A stretch of 62,424 bases of DNA, the filler included, from Cladosporium halotolerans (lineage: Eukaryota): NCBI RefSeq assembly GCF_011745625.1. It is 8 parts of 8 records of this genome, joined end to end, with 100 filler letters (N's around TTAATTAATTAA, not from the genome) between each part and the next. Parts side by side here need not be neighbours in the genome. Positions count along the whole stretch, not along the records: positions 32,261 to 39,788 come from NW_027191626.1; positions 39,889 to 47,382 come from NW_027191627.1; 6 more parts are not named here. One strand, given 5' to 3'. Both the position numbers and the translations under genes were made by a program. Position 1 is the first letter of the stretch. Each line of letters begins with the position of its first letter. The notes beneath the pieces are model-generated. The model saw nothing but the letters and a program-made list of their open reading frames with translations, was not told the DNA's origin and searched no databases. Below, one piece after another: positions 32,261 to 44,416 of this stretch.

Positions 32261-34938
32261 TCGCCACCGGGGCCGTGTCTCTCGGATGGTGCTGCGGCAG
32301 AGGCCCACGTCGCATCCCCGAACCAGCTATCTCGCGCACGGCACAATTCAGACGCGTCGCGTGAAGCCGCTTCGAGCTCGATCGTGCCGAGGAGCGGTAG
32401 GATCGCATTGCAAGTTTCGCATCGACAGACGCTCGGCCGAGTGTCAAGATGGCTGTGGTGGAGACCCTCGGAGCGGTCTGAAGACGTCACATTGCTGCTG
32501 TCCGCAGAGCTTTCAATCTCGTGCACTCGGGTGCTTGCTGATACACTACTGTCGTCAAGCACATCGTCAAGCTGCTGTGGGTAGACCATTCCCTTGGCAG
32601 AACGTGAAGTGTACGAGGCAAAACCAGACGTTGGCACTTCATCGTACGAGCCCGAAGCGGCTACATACGGTTGCATCACCGCGAACGCCTTTAGCGTTGC
32701 GGAAATGTTCGCAGCTGGCCGACGTGCCTGGTATGTATGTATTGGAGGCAAGGTCGAACCTCTTCCTGCGTTTCTCCATGACCACGCCGTTCCAAAGTCA
32801 CTGCTGTCTGAAGTGGAATCTTCCGGCGAACTTGCTTCGCTACTTCCTGTACTATGCTCGAAGGGCGCCCTCAGGACACGAGGTGCACACAGGGCGGATC
32901 CCGGGTCTGCGGACCGTGTGGACGATTCCAGGCTCGGAGAAGGGCTCGTGGCACTGCCGCTGTTGGGATCGATCACGGTAGACGAGTCCTCGTCGCTACC
33001 TGGCCAGAGATTGTGCTGCAATCGGGAAGCGCCGGCCGGCAGTCCGAATTCGGCGGGTGAAGGTGGTTGGAAAAGGCCACTGGCAGATGATTCGGAAGTA
33101 CTGGAGGCGGTGGCGTGAGAACGCACCGTCTTCGCATCGTCCAAAGAACTGTGAGGCATCGTTTCCCTCTGAGACGAGCCCGACATCTGCGTCTCGTTTG
33201 CTGCAACTTCGATTGCCTCAGGAGTGGCTCTGGGGTTCCTCAGACTCGACGCAACTTGGGAGGGAGAATCTGCACTTGAGCTGTTGCCATTGCGTTGGTC
33301 GCTCAACCATTGCTCGATGCCACGCAGACTTGCTTCGCTGGCCGCTGCCTCGCCAGCGTCACGGGCTCGAGTGAGATCCCAGGGCGCTTCGTGGTGCTCG
33401 AGCGAGTAGGCACTTAGCTCTCTATCACGGTGTTCATTACTCGCCGGACTTTCGCGTGCCTTTGACAAAGGACTGCCGCTGTGTGGCTTGCCCGAAGGTG
33501 CCGCATGACCAGCGACCGGGACGGTGATGCACTCCTGCTTGACGAGGTCGCCTCCGCCCGATGACTTGTCGCCCAGACTGGACTCACGTCTAGATTGCAG
33601 TTCGACGGACTCGCGCACCGAAGACAGATCGCCGTCACCCTCGCATTCGACGTTCCTGTTCTCAGCGAGTTGTCCGGTCTGGGTTGAAGCTTCGCTGCTG
33701 AACGTTTCACCACACTTTTCCATCTGTTCGTTGGTCGAGGGCACGTGCGCCGCCTTTCTTCGGGCGAGACCAGCGGTGCGCCGCATGGAAGGACTCTCGT
33801 TCCCAGAACCGAGATCACTCCGTCGCGTGGAGGACGGTGCCGCCGGCGAGTTCCCCGAGCTGTGGCTCCGAGGGGATCGAGGTTCAGCATCTTCAATGCT
33901 GCGAGAATCAGGATTGCGTCCGAGCTCCTCGACATGCTCGGGAGGACCGATCTCGTCATTGAAGAGCGGAGGACTCGAAGCCGGCACGTCCTCACTCGAG
34001 ATGCTCCGTTCGCTGCTCCGCATCAAATGCAGCGAACGCGCATCGATGCAGGGTTGCAGTGCCGTCGGACCGCCCGCTGTGACAGAGGTGGAAGTGGGGG
34101 GCGACAGGAAGCCAGTATGCCGGGGTGTCTGTACCTCATCGGTACCCGTCCGCCGCACCAGAAGACCGTGCTTGTCTTTTTTGAGCAGCAGTGTGTTCCA
34201 GTGTTGCGGCCTATGCTTTTTCAGATCCAAATTCTGTCCATCGACGACGACGACGGCGGTGTGGTGTTGGGTCCACCTTTCGATGAATTCATGAAATTCT
34301 GCCGCAGTCTTGAGCGTGACGTCCTGACCGTAGACCCGAGTGGGCTTCGACTCCTCAAGCTTCTGGAGGCTCTTGAGATCTTTGACCATGAACTCCCCAC
34401 CGAACCCGGCAAAATTGTCATCTGTCGCTTTGTCCAGGCGAGACAAGGCGTCGCAGTGTTTCAGCTATCTCAACAAGTTTGCGTGTGGAACAAAGTCAAG
34501 CCTAAAGCGAGGGTACTTTTTCGCGCAATTGTACATGAAAGCCAGGCGGTCCCTACCGAAGCTATCCGTGCTCCACTCGTAGTACTCCAGGACTTCAAGC
34601 GACCATTGCATCGAGATGAAAGTTGCCTGCGTGACGTGTGTCCTCCATTTCTTATCCCTTTCCGTGCTCCTCCTGTCGTCGCTTGCTCGTTTGACGAGCT
34701 CTCTGAGACGATCCCACTTCTCGCTCTTCTCGGACCAACCGTTGATCTGGAGGACTGTAGTCAAAGCTTCGACGAAGGCAAAAAGTTTGTCGCTCTTCAG
34801 GATTGTCTCGTTCTGAACGTACGATAAAGTGCTTTGCTGTTCTCTGCCCCTCAAGGCTTCGTGTACTTGACGCAAGGACGCTCGTTCTTCCGCGTTGAAT
34901 AGTTCGACCACTGATGGCATTTTCGCGGCGGTGTGCAT
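32261..34938 (-). pseudogene. Large hypothetical protein (globular N-terminus, long Ser/Pro-rich tail) with one in-frame TAG at 34465-34467; 3' end lost in the gap
   Basis: The 157-aa and 745-aa ORFs are in the same frame separated by one stop (LLR*LKHCDALS). Confidence 0.6.
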
Positions 34939-35362
34939 GTTGGAAAGGGTTGAACGATTACGACGAGCAAACTGTCTGAAGAGGCGCTTTAAGAGCCTCC
35001 CGCCACTTGCTCCCCCTGGCTCGGCGCGTCAAGGGCCCGCCGCCAGCTTTGCTGTCACGCGGGCGCTTACTGGTTGAGAATGAGTTTGGCGCTACTTGCT
35101 TGTTGGGACATATGCGTCGTCTGATCCGTTAGACAAGCTCCGCCTCGCTTGTGTAGCGTAACAGATGCCATGTGGTGGTGGAAAGCGCGGCGGCTCGGTA
35201 CAGACGCGCTGCCCACACCATCGAACCAGGCTCGATCTTTCGTGCAGGGCCGCTGAGAAGACATTGTGGCTCGTTCTCGAGTGTGTCTATCCGAATACTC
35301 GTGTCCACGACTTAGATCATACAGTGCGACGAAAACCTTTGTCTAGCGGCTAAAATTTCATC

Positions 35363-36548
35363 TCAAGAACGGAGCTCGGGGCTCCTCGACGACTGTTTTT
35401 CCGCAATCAAGCGCCCGGTCGACGGTGTGGACGAAACGTATGGCTCCTCGCCTTGACCCTCATGCGCCGGCACAACCATGTATCTGCTTTGCGGCGGTGC
35501 GAGAGTCGTGCTGCCGTCCTGTCGTTCACGCATAGCCGGTTGTCTCAGTTCATCAGATGACCTAGCGGGTCTGCGCACGCGGCTCCCTTTTGCCGGCGTG
35601 CGCCCCTTGGCACGAGCTCGTCGTTTGTATTCTTCGGGAAGCCTCTCCGGATAGCCCATCGAATCCATCTGCGGCCGGTCAGCGTGTTGTCCACGGTTTA
35701 TTCAACGATTTGACGTGAAGCACTGCACCCGGAGCATCGCGGTACTTTCCGCGTTTGTGGTTCCTTGCGAAAATCGCGAAGCACTCGTCTTCCGATTCGG
35801 TCCAGGCCTTCTCCTCAAAGTGCTGCCTGTTGGCATCAAGGGAATTTTTCGCAGGTTCCCGCCTGCGTCGATTGGATGAACGTCCTGCTGTGCTCCTTTC
35901 GGCTTCGCCGTGTGACTGATCGTAAGCCACACTGCCGCTTCCTCGCGGTTCGAGTCGCGGGATAGATGCCGGTCTGTGGCCAAGATTAGCAAGAAGAGAT
36001 TGTCAAGGTCGTCTCGCGACTCACTGCCTGTTGACGTTGCGGTCGAGCTGTTGGCTGTGGGCGCCCGAGGAGGCCGATGGCGTCGACCAGCTCGGACCAG
36101 GGTAGTACATGACATGCTGTCTCCCAGCGGCGGCCATCCACCCAGGCGAGACGTCTTGATGTGTTTGGTCGAAATGGCAGCCGAAGTCCTGACTCCCAGA
36201 AGGACGAAGCGGAAGCCCTGGCACGGAAGGACCAAAAGCGTTGGCCGTGGAACAACCAGGCGCAGGGTTGGGCACTTCATGGCTGAGTCGCTGTTCATGT
36301 TGATGTGGTTGCTGCTGGTAATTTGTGTACCCTTGCAGATGAAATTGACCTTCAGCAGCAGGTTGCAAATCCCACCCGTGCGTGGAGTCGTCAAAGGCTA
36401 AGCCAGACTCCGAGCCATAGACGGTGCCTGGCTCCACGCTACTGCCACCGGAGCCGTAGGTAAGGTTGGTCGAAGCAACCGACGACTCCGTGCTCGTGGC
36501 GGTGAGGAGGCGAGGATCCACGTGGGACATGTCCATGCTGTCCGACAT
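35363..36548 (-). CDS. Myb/SANT-like DNA-binding protein; intron about 35974-36024 and a probable second intron about 35669-35723
   Basis: ATG 36548 downstream of a TATAAA (about 36636-41); GTGAGT..CTAAT..CAG intron joins in frame; KAWTESEDECF...YRDAPGA|MDSMGYPERLPEEYKRRAR is Myb-like. The second donor (GTGCTT) is weak. Confidence 0.55.
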
Positions 36549-39500
36549 GGTTTTGTTTGAAGAGATTCGTGTGAAAAGGTGGGTGAGAAACCATGAACAA
36601 TCGGAAGAGGCGGCAGGCTTCGCCCGTGACAACGTCTTTATACAGTCTTCCTGAGCGGGAGACCTGCGATCACGTACCAGACCGGTGTTCTTCCAGACCT
36701 ATCATATGAGACGCGCAAGTGCGAGCCTGGATGATACGGCAACCATTCCGTAGCTGTCGACGCATGTCGTTTGCGGCGTGATTGTGCTAGGAAGCGGGAC
36801 ATCTCTTACGCGAGGTGCTAATGTGTTGAAGGGTACCATCGTGACGGTACGCCTGCCTCGCAGGCGATGATGAGCGCCCAACGAAAAGCGCCTGTCTTTG
36901 GTGAAGCTGCGTGCGTCAGGCCGCCGGTGTTCCAGTTGATAGGGTGCAGAACTCGCCCGGAGGACTCAATGCGCGTGGTGTGCGTACCCTTGACCCGGTC
37001 GACGTCCAAATCATAGTGACAATGCGATCTTCGTTTCTTTGTCGACACTTACAGAACACAGTGCCGCACTACCAGTGAGCAGAAGTGATGTTGGAACTTG
37101 CCCGGACGCTAAGCACGAGAAGCAGGGTTCCTGCATGGCCGGCTTCAGGGCTACCTCGTCCCCTCACGCTAAGGGCTGGGAGGTTGGAGAGCATGCTAGC
37201 GCTCGGCATGTGGGTACCGACATGGGAAGTCGAGTCAGTGAAAGCGTAAATAATCTGCCGTCAGCAAACCTTTTTATTTTGTTGAGAAGACATTCATATC
37301 ATTGGCCAGATCGGGGTGTTGCCTTCTTCTGCGCATGACTCGCTTATCACGCAAGTTGCCCTGAAGATGCGAAACGGGCGGACGCCGGGCTTCGCCCACG
37401 GAATGGTGGAGTGCAGCGTATCGATCTGTGGCGGAGCGCTTTCAAGGAGTATCTCATGCGGCCATCTCACGAGCGTTGGACCTCAGAGGACCCATGCGGC
37501 ACGTGAAGGCAGTCCGGTCGCAGCCTCTCAAATTATTCCTGCCGGGGTCTCGTGCGGTCGGAGGGTGAGACAAGGAAGAGTACAAGGCCCCACTTTCTCG
37601 CTGAGGATCATTGGGGTCCAGCGAACTTTTCCCAGCATGTCGTCCTGTGCCGCGTTGGTCAGCATGCTAGAACGAGAATTTGATTGCAGCAAATGTGCAA
37701 CCCTCGACCTGCTTGGCCCATATTCACACCGCAAATCCAAGCACTAGAGACCTGGAGTCTGACGGTGATGCACAACCCTTCCAAGGGCATTTTGCTGCTG
37801 AAAATGTACTTTTGTGAGCGGTTCCACGGTGTCGAACGGCCACAGGGAATGCGACGCCGCCGTCGATCACTTGCGCTGTTGGATGAGCACAGATGGCATG
37901 GAAGCTGACGAAATGGGCAAGCCGGGGCCTCCGGCCAGGTTTTGGCGTTCACGTCAGCCGACATCGACATCGACATCGACATCGACTCGACTCGACTCGC
38001 GTGGTCGGAAGCGTTCTTCCACCAACCACGGTAGACAATCGCCGGGTCTGCGATTCTAGCAGGGGTGTTTGGCGCAACCAGCGCAACAAACTTTCAACGG
38101 CTGCTTGCGCCAGGCGCCGGAAACTCCGTTCCGCGATGGAATTTGCCGCAGATTGGCACCAACAACGAGAGACCGTGCGGGCAATGGAAGGTCGGTCCCC
38201 CGGCAGCCAAGCGTCTGCGCGAGACTGATCCGCGAAGATCGCAAGGATGCGACGGCCAGACTTCTAGCGGCTGCCTTCACACCGTAGCCCAGATCAAGCC
38301 AATGGCTGGATCCCAGGAGATGTCTAGAGCTCTGTTCAGTATCGATGTGCAAGGACTGGCCGTTCTCATTTGGACACAAAAACGTTGTCCAGAATGAAGA
38401 TTGGCTCACGCAGTCCCCGCGTCAATCATGCAATCCTTCCGGTAGACGCGCGTCAATGCAAGCCGCGTTGATTGTTTGCCAGGGCATTGACGCAGAGATC
38501 GTCATTTTTGTGATAAGCGATGGATTCGCGGTCGGTTAGCAGTATTTGAGCGCTCATGGATCACGCACAAAAGGTGGCGCCAGCAGGCGCGAATCACTCG
38601 AAAACTCAGAGTCGCAGAACGCCTTTGAACTACAGTACTACTGCCGGGGCATTTGGACCTCCGCATCATCCCAATGAGACGTGAGCGCCTAGGCACGCCC
38701 TTCGACGGCATAGCGATGAGCCGGTGACGCACAGCAGCAACATCCGCGTGTGGGCGAAGGAGCCTTGATCTCTTGGAGCTCTGAAGTGCCATTACATCAG
38801 TCAACGGCGCTGCAGTGTCCGATATGGCTCGACAGGCCGGGGCTTTATCCCTTCGAGGCAGGCCCAGATCGCAAGGTCCGTTGTCAAGTCAGGGTCGCGT
38901 AGGCCGCCAAACCCCGCGACTCTGGACCTTCGCCATTGCCCACAAAACTCTTCTAGGCCGTCACGACAGCCGTTGGCCTAAATTAATACACACACCCTGC
39001 CGTCAATTCGCGCCCACTTTAGAGGCGCGTGGGGCAGGCAGGCACGCTCCACCGACGCCTGCCGTCAATTTGCCCCGCCTTCGCACGTTGACTACCTTTT
39101 CGTCTGCACTGCCAATCAGCGACTTTTGTAGAAAATTGCGCCGACGCTAAGTTAGCTGCGCGACATCCCTGTTCTTGAGGAACCATGGTGATCGGGCCCG
39201 CGGTCGTTGAGCCGTCCCGGTTCGTAATCTGGGCCCTCGGTTGCTCGTCAGCAGTATTGCCGGAACTTGACTCGCTAGAGTGACCCCTGTCCCTCACAAG
39301 CAGTGCAATGCTGCAAGCGCGGGAAGGGTTCGCATCGCCGCATGAGGGCGATGATCATGTGACACAACCTGCGCATTCGCAGCACAGCGCCGCTTTTCGG
39401 CCGAGTCGTTCTTGTGTCCTGCCTGACGCGTACATGCAGATGCCGCCTCGTCGTACTTGCCTCAATTCTGCTTGCCTTCCGCACTGGGTCGCCGGGCGTG

Positions 39501-39949
39501 CGACTGCTCTGTCCTGTGTGCGCTTTGATGGGCTGTTGCCCATGGCCACGACAACAGGCTGATGGCTTTCCGTGGTGCAATCCAGTGGAGATGCATGCTG
39601 TTGTGCCCCAGCTGTCGCCTCCAGGATGTACAGCGCCGCGGGTCCACAAGCGTCACAAACTTATCGCAGCATATAATGTCTTTGTCTCCCTGTCGCAGGC
39701 CGAGGCACTTTGGGAATCCAAGTCGCAGATCGCAGGACAAGCTTGCCAAGACACTAGATAGAAAGGCCCGGTCTACCAGGCCGCGCGCNNNNNNNNNNNN
39801 NNNNNNNNNNNNNNNNNNNNNNNNNNNNNNNNTTAATTAATTAANNNNNNNNNNNNNNNNNNNNNNNNNNNNNNNNNNNNNNNNNNNNTTGCCATTTCTC
39901 AGACAGACAGACAAGCCACCGCTCCTTAGGTAAGCAGACCAGACACTCC

Positions 39950-42900
39950 CGAAAATCTTGTCTGTCTGTCTGATGAACACCCTGGTCTGCATTGATCGAA
40001 CAGTGCAAGGATTGGTATGGTAGGCCTGGGATCCATGTAATGCCAGGCTTTTGGTATAGCCGCGGAGGTTTTGTTGTAGGACCTCAATGGCTACTCCCTC
40101 TCGGTGTTTGTAATCTATACAGTGACAACTAGTGTTATTCTTGGTTAGAGCATTGTCCCTGGGGGTCAGGCGTTGTGAGGTCATTGTAGTCACTGTAGGC
40201 AAGGCCCTCGTTGATTGAGATAGCCTCCGCGGCTGCGACGGCTTGTTGTAGCTGCTGTTGACCGAGCGCAATAATGCTGCTGCCCTGCCAGCTCCTCAAA
40301 CACAATATCTACTGCATGGCATCACTCTGAAGGGTCCTTCTACGTGGAGTGAGGATTTTGCTGGTTATTCTGGATACAGGCTCCGGCTCGTCACTTATCT
40401 TCGGCGTACTGTACGTATCGAGGGCCATCTGCGCTAGCTGCGGCCAGATAGGGATCTTGCTGATCTACTAGAGGATTGGCGAGTTGGTCGAGGTCATTGT
40501 AGCTGGATGATTTTCACGTATGTACGGTTGCAATTGATCAAGCGGCTCCGGAGCAGTCGAGGACATGCTTCAGGCTGTACTAAGGACGCAGATGCAGCAG
40601 TTGTAGCTCTATATGCCGTGTTACCCTTATTTTCACCCAACAGCTCTTGTATGACCCTTTCTGCCTCTTCAATCCAGCCATGCTTGCTTTGGCAATACTT
40701 CTCAAATCACTGCCACTTCATGCGGGGTGTAGGAGGACGACGGCATGATGGATAGGTGTGTCGTCGGTCTTTTTGTAGTAATACTCGAGCTTCTGCCATG
40801 CGCGATTGACGTTGGCGGTGAAGTGATGTTCAAGCTCGAGCAGGGGTTTAAGGGTCTTCCCCGCGTGACGCCGCACCCCACGTGAACACCCAAAATCCAC
40901 TCACAAGCGTGCACTTCGGACGAACATCAATCATCCGACATGACTCCAACTGAAGAGGCACTTGCTGAGCTGTATCATTGTGATAAGCTGAACATCTCTG
41001 CTACAGCAAAGAAATATCAGGTCGATCGCAAGAACCTATCGAAGCGCTTTTATGGCACCTCTCAATCAGCTGCCTCAAAGCACTCCTCACAGCAATTCCT
41101 TTCAACACAACAAGAGCGTACCCTTATTGCCTACATCAATCAGCTTACAGAGTTCGGCCTGCCTCCAACGCCCTCAATGTTGCGCAACTTCGTCTGCGAT
41201 ATTGCCAAAAAGGAGCCAGGCAAAAACTGGTCGCACAGGTTTTGCCAGAGGTGGAGTGATACCTTACAATCCAAATACCTCAAGCCTATCGACAATTCAC
41301 GTAAGAAGGCTGAATCTCCTGAGAACTTTGAGTATTGGTTTAGCACTATAGCCGGTAAGATTGAACAGTATAGCATTGAGGCTCAGAATATCTACAATAT
41401 GGACGAAAAGGGCTTCCTCATTGGCTCCCTCACCAAAGCAAAGCGAATCTTCACGAAGCAGTGGTTTGAGAACCAACGACTACTTGGCAACACTCAAGAT
41501 GGTGGCAGAGAGTGGATAACTATCATCGCAACAATCTGTGCAGATGGCACGGCTCTTCCACCATCTCTGATCTACATGGCCAAAACGGGTGATATCCAGG
41601 ACTCCTGGGTACAAGATCTTGAAGCAGATGTGCATACAGCACAATTCGCCTCCTTGCCAACAGGCTGGACTAATGATGACCTTGGATACGAGTGGCTCAC
41701 CAAGGTATTTGACAGATTCAGCAAATCCAAAGCTCGCAATGGTCGAGACTGGCGCCTGCTCATCATCGACGGCCATGGCTCTCATGTCAACATGAGGTTT
41801 CTTAATTGGTGTGCAGAACATCGCGTCCTTGTAGCAGTCTACCACCTCATTCAACCCATAGATTGCAGCCCTTGGATGTCTGCATGTTTTCGCCATTGGC
41901 CATCGCCTATAGCCAGGAATTGGACGCGTTCTTGCATCGCAGCCAAGGCCTTTCTTCGCTCTCAAAACGCGACTTCTTCACACTTTTCTGAATTGCATAC
42001 AACAAGGCATTTACTCCGGGCAACATAGCTAGTGGTTGGTCCAAAACCGGCCTCTATCCTCTCAACCCAGATGCTGTTATGCAAATCTTCACAAAAGCTC
42101 CCACCTCTACTGAGATGGTCAGAGCTTCCTCACAATCATCTTCCAGTCAGTCAGCCATCGCAACAAGCGATTGGCGCTCGATTCGAGCTCTTGTGAGTGA
42201 GGTTGTCACTGAAGTCCACGGTATACACGACAAGAAAGTCAAGAAGCTCAACAACACCATCCTTAACCTCACTACGGAGATTGCATTGCTCAAATCACAG
42301 AATAATGGCTACAAGCAAGCGCTTCTTGACGAGAAGAAGAAGCGTAAGCGTGGAAGAGGCCTCTTTGAAGAAGTACGTGCACAAGACGGCCGAGGGGCTA
42401 CCTTTTTCAGCCCTCGTAAGATCAGAGCAGCCAAGGACCTTCTCACACAGAAGGAGCAGGCAAAAGAGCAAGAGAAACGTGATAGAGTGGCTCAGAAAGA
42501 AGCACGCAAGAAACTCCAAGAACAACAACAAATCGAAAAAGAGGAGCGTAGGGCAGGGCGAGCGCAGAAGGCACTGCAAAGGAAGGAGGAGACAGGTCTC
42601 CAGACACAGCAAAGGCAGCTAGCCAAGGACACTCGCATAGCAGCCAAGGCTCTCGATTCATCACTCAAACAGCCACCACAGAAGCCAAAGAGACCTACCA
42701 AGCGTGTCAAACGCTCATTAGAACCTATGGTCGCGTTGCACACGTCTTCAAGCCAGATGGCAGTGATTCAGCCGGCCACAAGCTCTGGCCGTATAATCCG
42801 GCGGCCTAAGCACCTTTTGGACTATCAAATAGATTTCTGAGAAGCGTAAAGCTAGAGTTCATCCTAGATGAAAGCTCATATCGGTTCGTCTGGTATTGAC

Positions 42901-43560
42901 CGAGATTTCCGTTTTGGTGTTCGTAGCGATGCAACTCAAAATGTGAGGCGTCACGTGGGGTGCGGCGTCACGCGGGGAAGACCCTTACGTCCATACGGGG
43001 CGCCGTGAGAACGCTGGTGGCGAAGACGACTGTGTAAGATAAGATTAGATGCACGAAACTGAAGTATTGCTCCATGATACACTCTGCGCGCACAAAACCC
43101 CGCAGACCATGTCATTGCTCACGAGAATCTCAAGCTGCACCAGTTGATTTCCAGGATTAGTGAGCTTGAACGGCTGGCAACGGCCCGAGCCGAGGCGCCG
43201 CTGGCTTACCGGCTGCCCTAGCCCGTCGCGAGACCCCAAGTCTCATCGAAGACCATCATCCCGCCGCTCTTACTTCGCGCCTTCATGCTGCAATTTCGCT
43301 GTTCGAATGAAGTCTATTTTTGAGGCAGACTTGCCTCTGCGGCAGGCCATGGTTTCATAAGGGCTACAAATATACAGTCTTTACTGCAGTAGATGGGAGA
43401 AAATACACCTCCTCACTCACATGCCCTCCAACAGGTCGGAACGACTCGCTCCCTAACGAAGGCTGTCGGGGGTGATATATCCTCATGCATGTAGTGAGGG
43501 CGGCGATCATGTAAAGTGTCGATGGGGTCTCATTATCAAGCGGCAATTAGACTCTACCTT
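39950..43560 (-). mobile_element. Highly degenerate hAT (Restless-like) transposase relic, split by the Fot1 insertion at 40851-42985
   Basis: PLDNETPSTLYMIAAL (compare DNxTRWNSxYxMIxRAL), NVNRAWQKLEYYYKKTDDTPIHHAVVLLHP, and dimerization-like SLAL...RVF occur in the expected order. Confidence 0.65.
40851..42985 (+). mobile_element. Complete Fot1/pogo transposon, perfect 35-bp TIRs, TA TSD; transposase pseudogene 40940-42840
   Basis: AGGGTCTTCCCCGCGTGACGCCGCACCCCACGTGA at both ends; TA at 40849-50 and 42986-87; YNMDEKGF and IDGHGSH; frameshift near 41845 and TGA at 41989. Confidence 0.96.
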
Positions 43561-44416
43561 GATGGCAATGCTCCTCATGTAGACCCGTATTCCCATCCCC
43601 TCAACATCTGCTGCAACAAACAGTGCGCACGCGACCGTGCCAGCAATGGCTGTGTTCTGAATCGAAGATCTTGAGGAAGGATCAGGAAGCCCCGGTCTTC
43701 CAAGCAAAATCTGGTCTCTTTACTTCGAAGAAGCAAAGCCTAGTAACGGGACGTCGGCCTGCTCGCCTCGCGCGTAGTTCACGCTTCATCTTCAGTGTTT
43801 AGCCGAAGAAACCATGGAGGGCCCGCTCGCAGGTGCCGTCTCATGTTGGCTTAGTGTTTGTGCTTGGATGACACCGGATTCCTGGCAGGTGGCGCTTGCT
43901 TCAGCTGTGAAGGCCAGTCGACAGGTGTTTCTCGTCCGACTTTGCAGAGTGGAGATGTGAAGACCATCTAAGCAACGAGGTGACGCAGCCGACCCCTGAG
44001 TGCTGATTTGGTGGCGTCAGTGGTGACTATGATAGCCCCTAGCTTCTAGGTACAGATCATGCTTCACATGCTGCTCTAATCTTCAGCCAACGCCATCCAA
44101 TACAGCCTGGATACTAGGGCTTTGGCAGTCAAGTCCATGCTTCGGGGGGAACCAGGATATTGACAAATCTTCGTGTGGTGGGAGGCGGTCGCACGCACTT
44201 GGCACTTTTTGCGGCTGAATCTTCAAGGCAGCATCAGGCAGTAGTGCGCAAGAGGCCTGGTTCAGCGCCGGCATACTTCAATATGCTGTGCGCGCATCGA
44301 GATTCTTCACGTCCACGGTGCTGACAGCAGTCATCGAGGATATCCGTTGTCTGGAGAGGAACTTTTGAAGTTGTGCACTTTTCCGAGCCCCGAACAACAA
44401 ATCTCGCTCCTTTGAC

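Noticed and set aside
33524..34827. 256-aa and 360-aa plus-strand ORFs
   Set aside because: Antisense shadows of the long minus-strand ORF in GC-rich DNA.
37959..38000. (CGACAT)4(CGACT)3 repeat
   Set aside because: Ordinary microsatellite.
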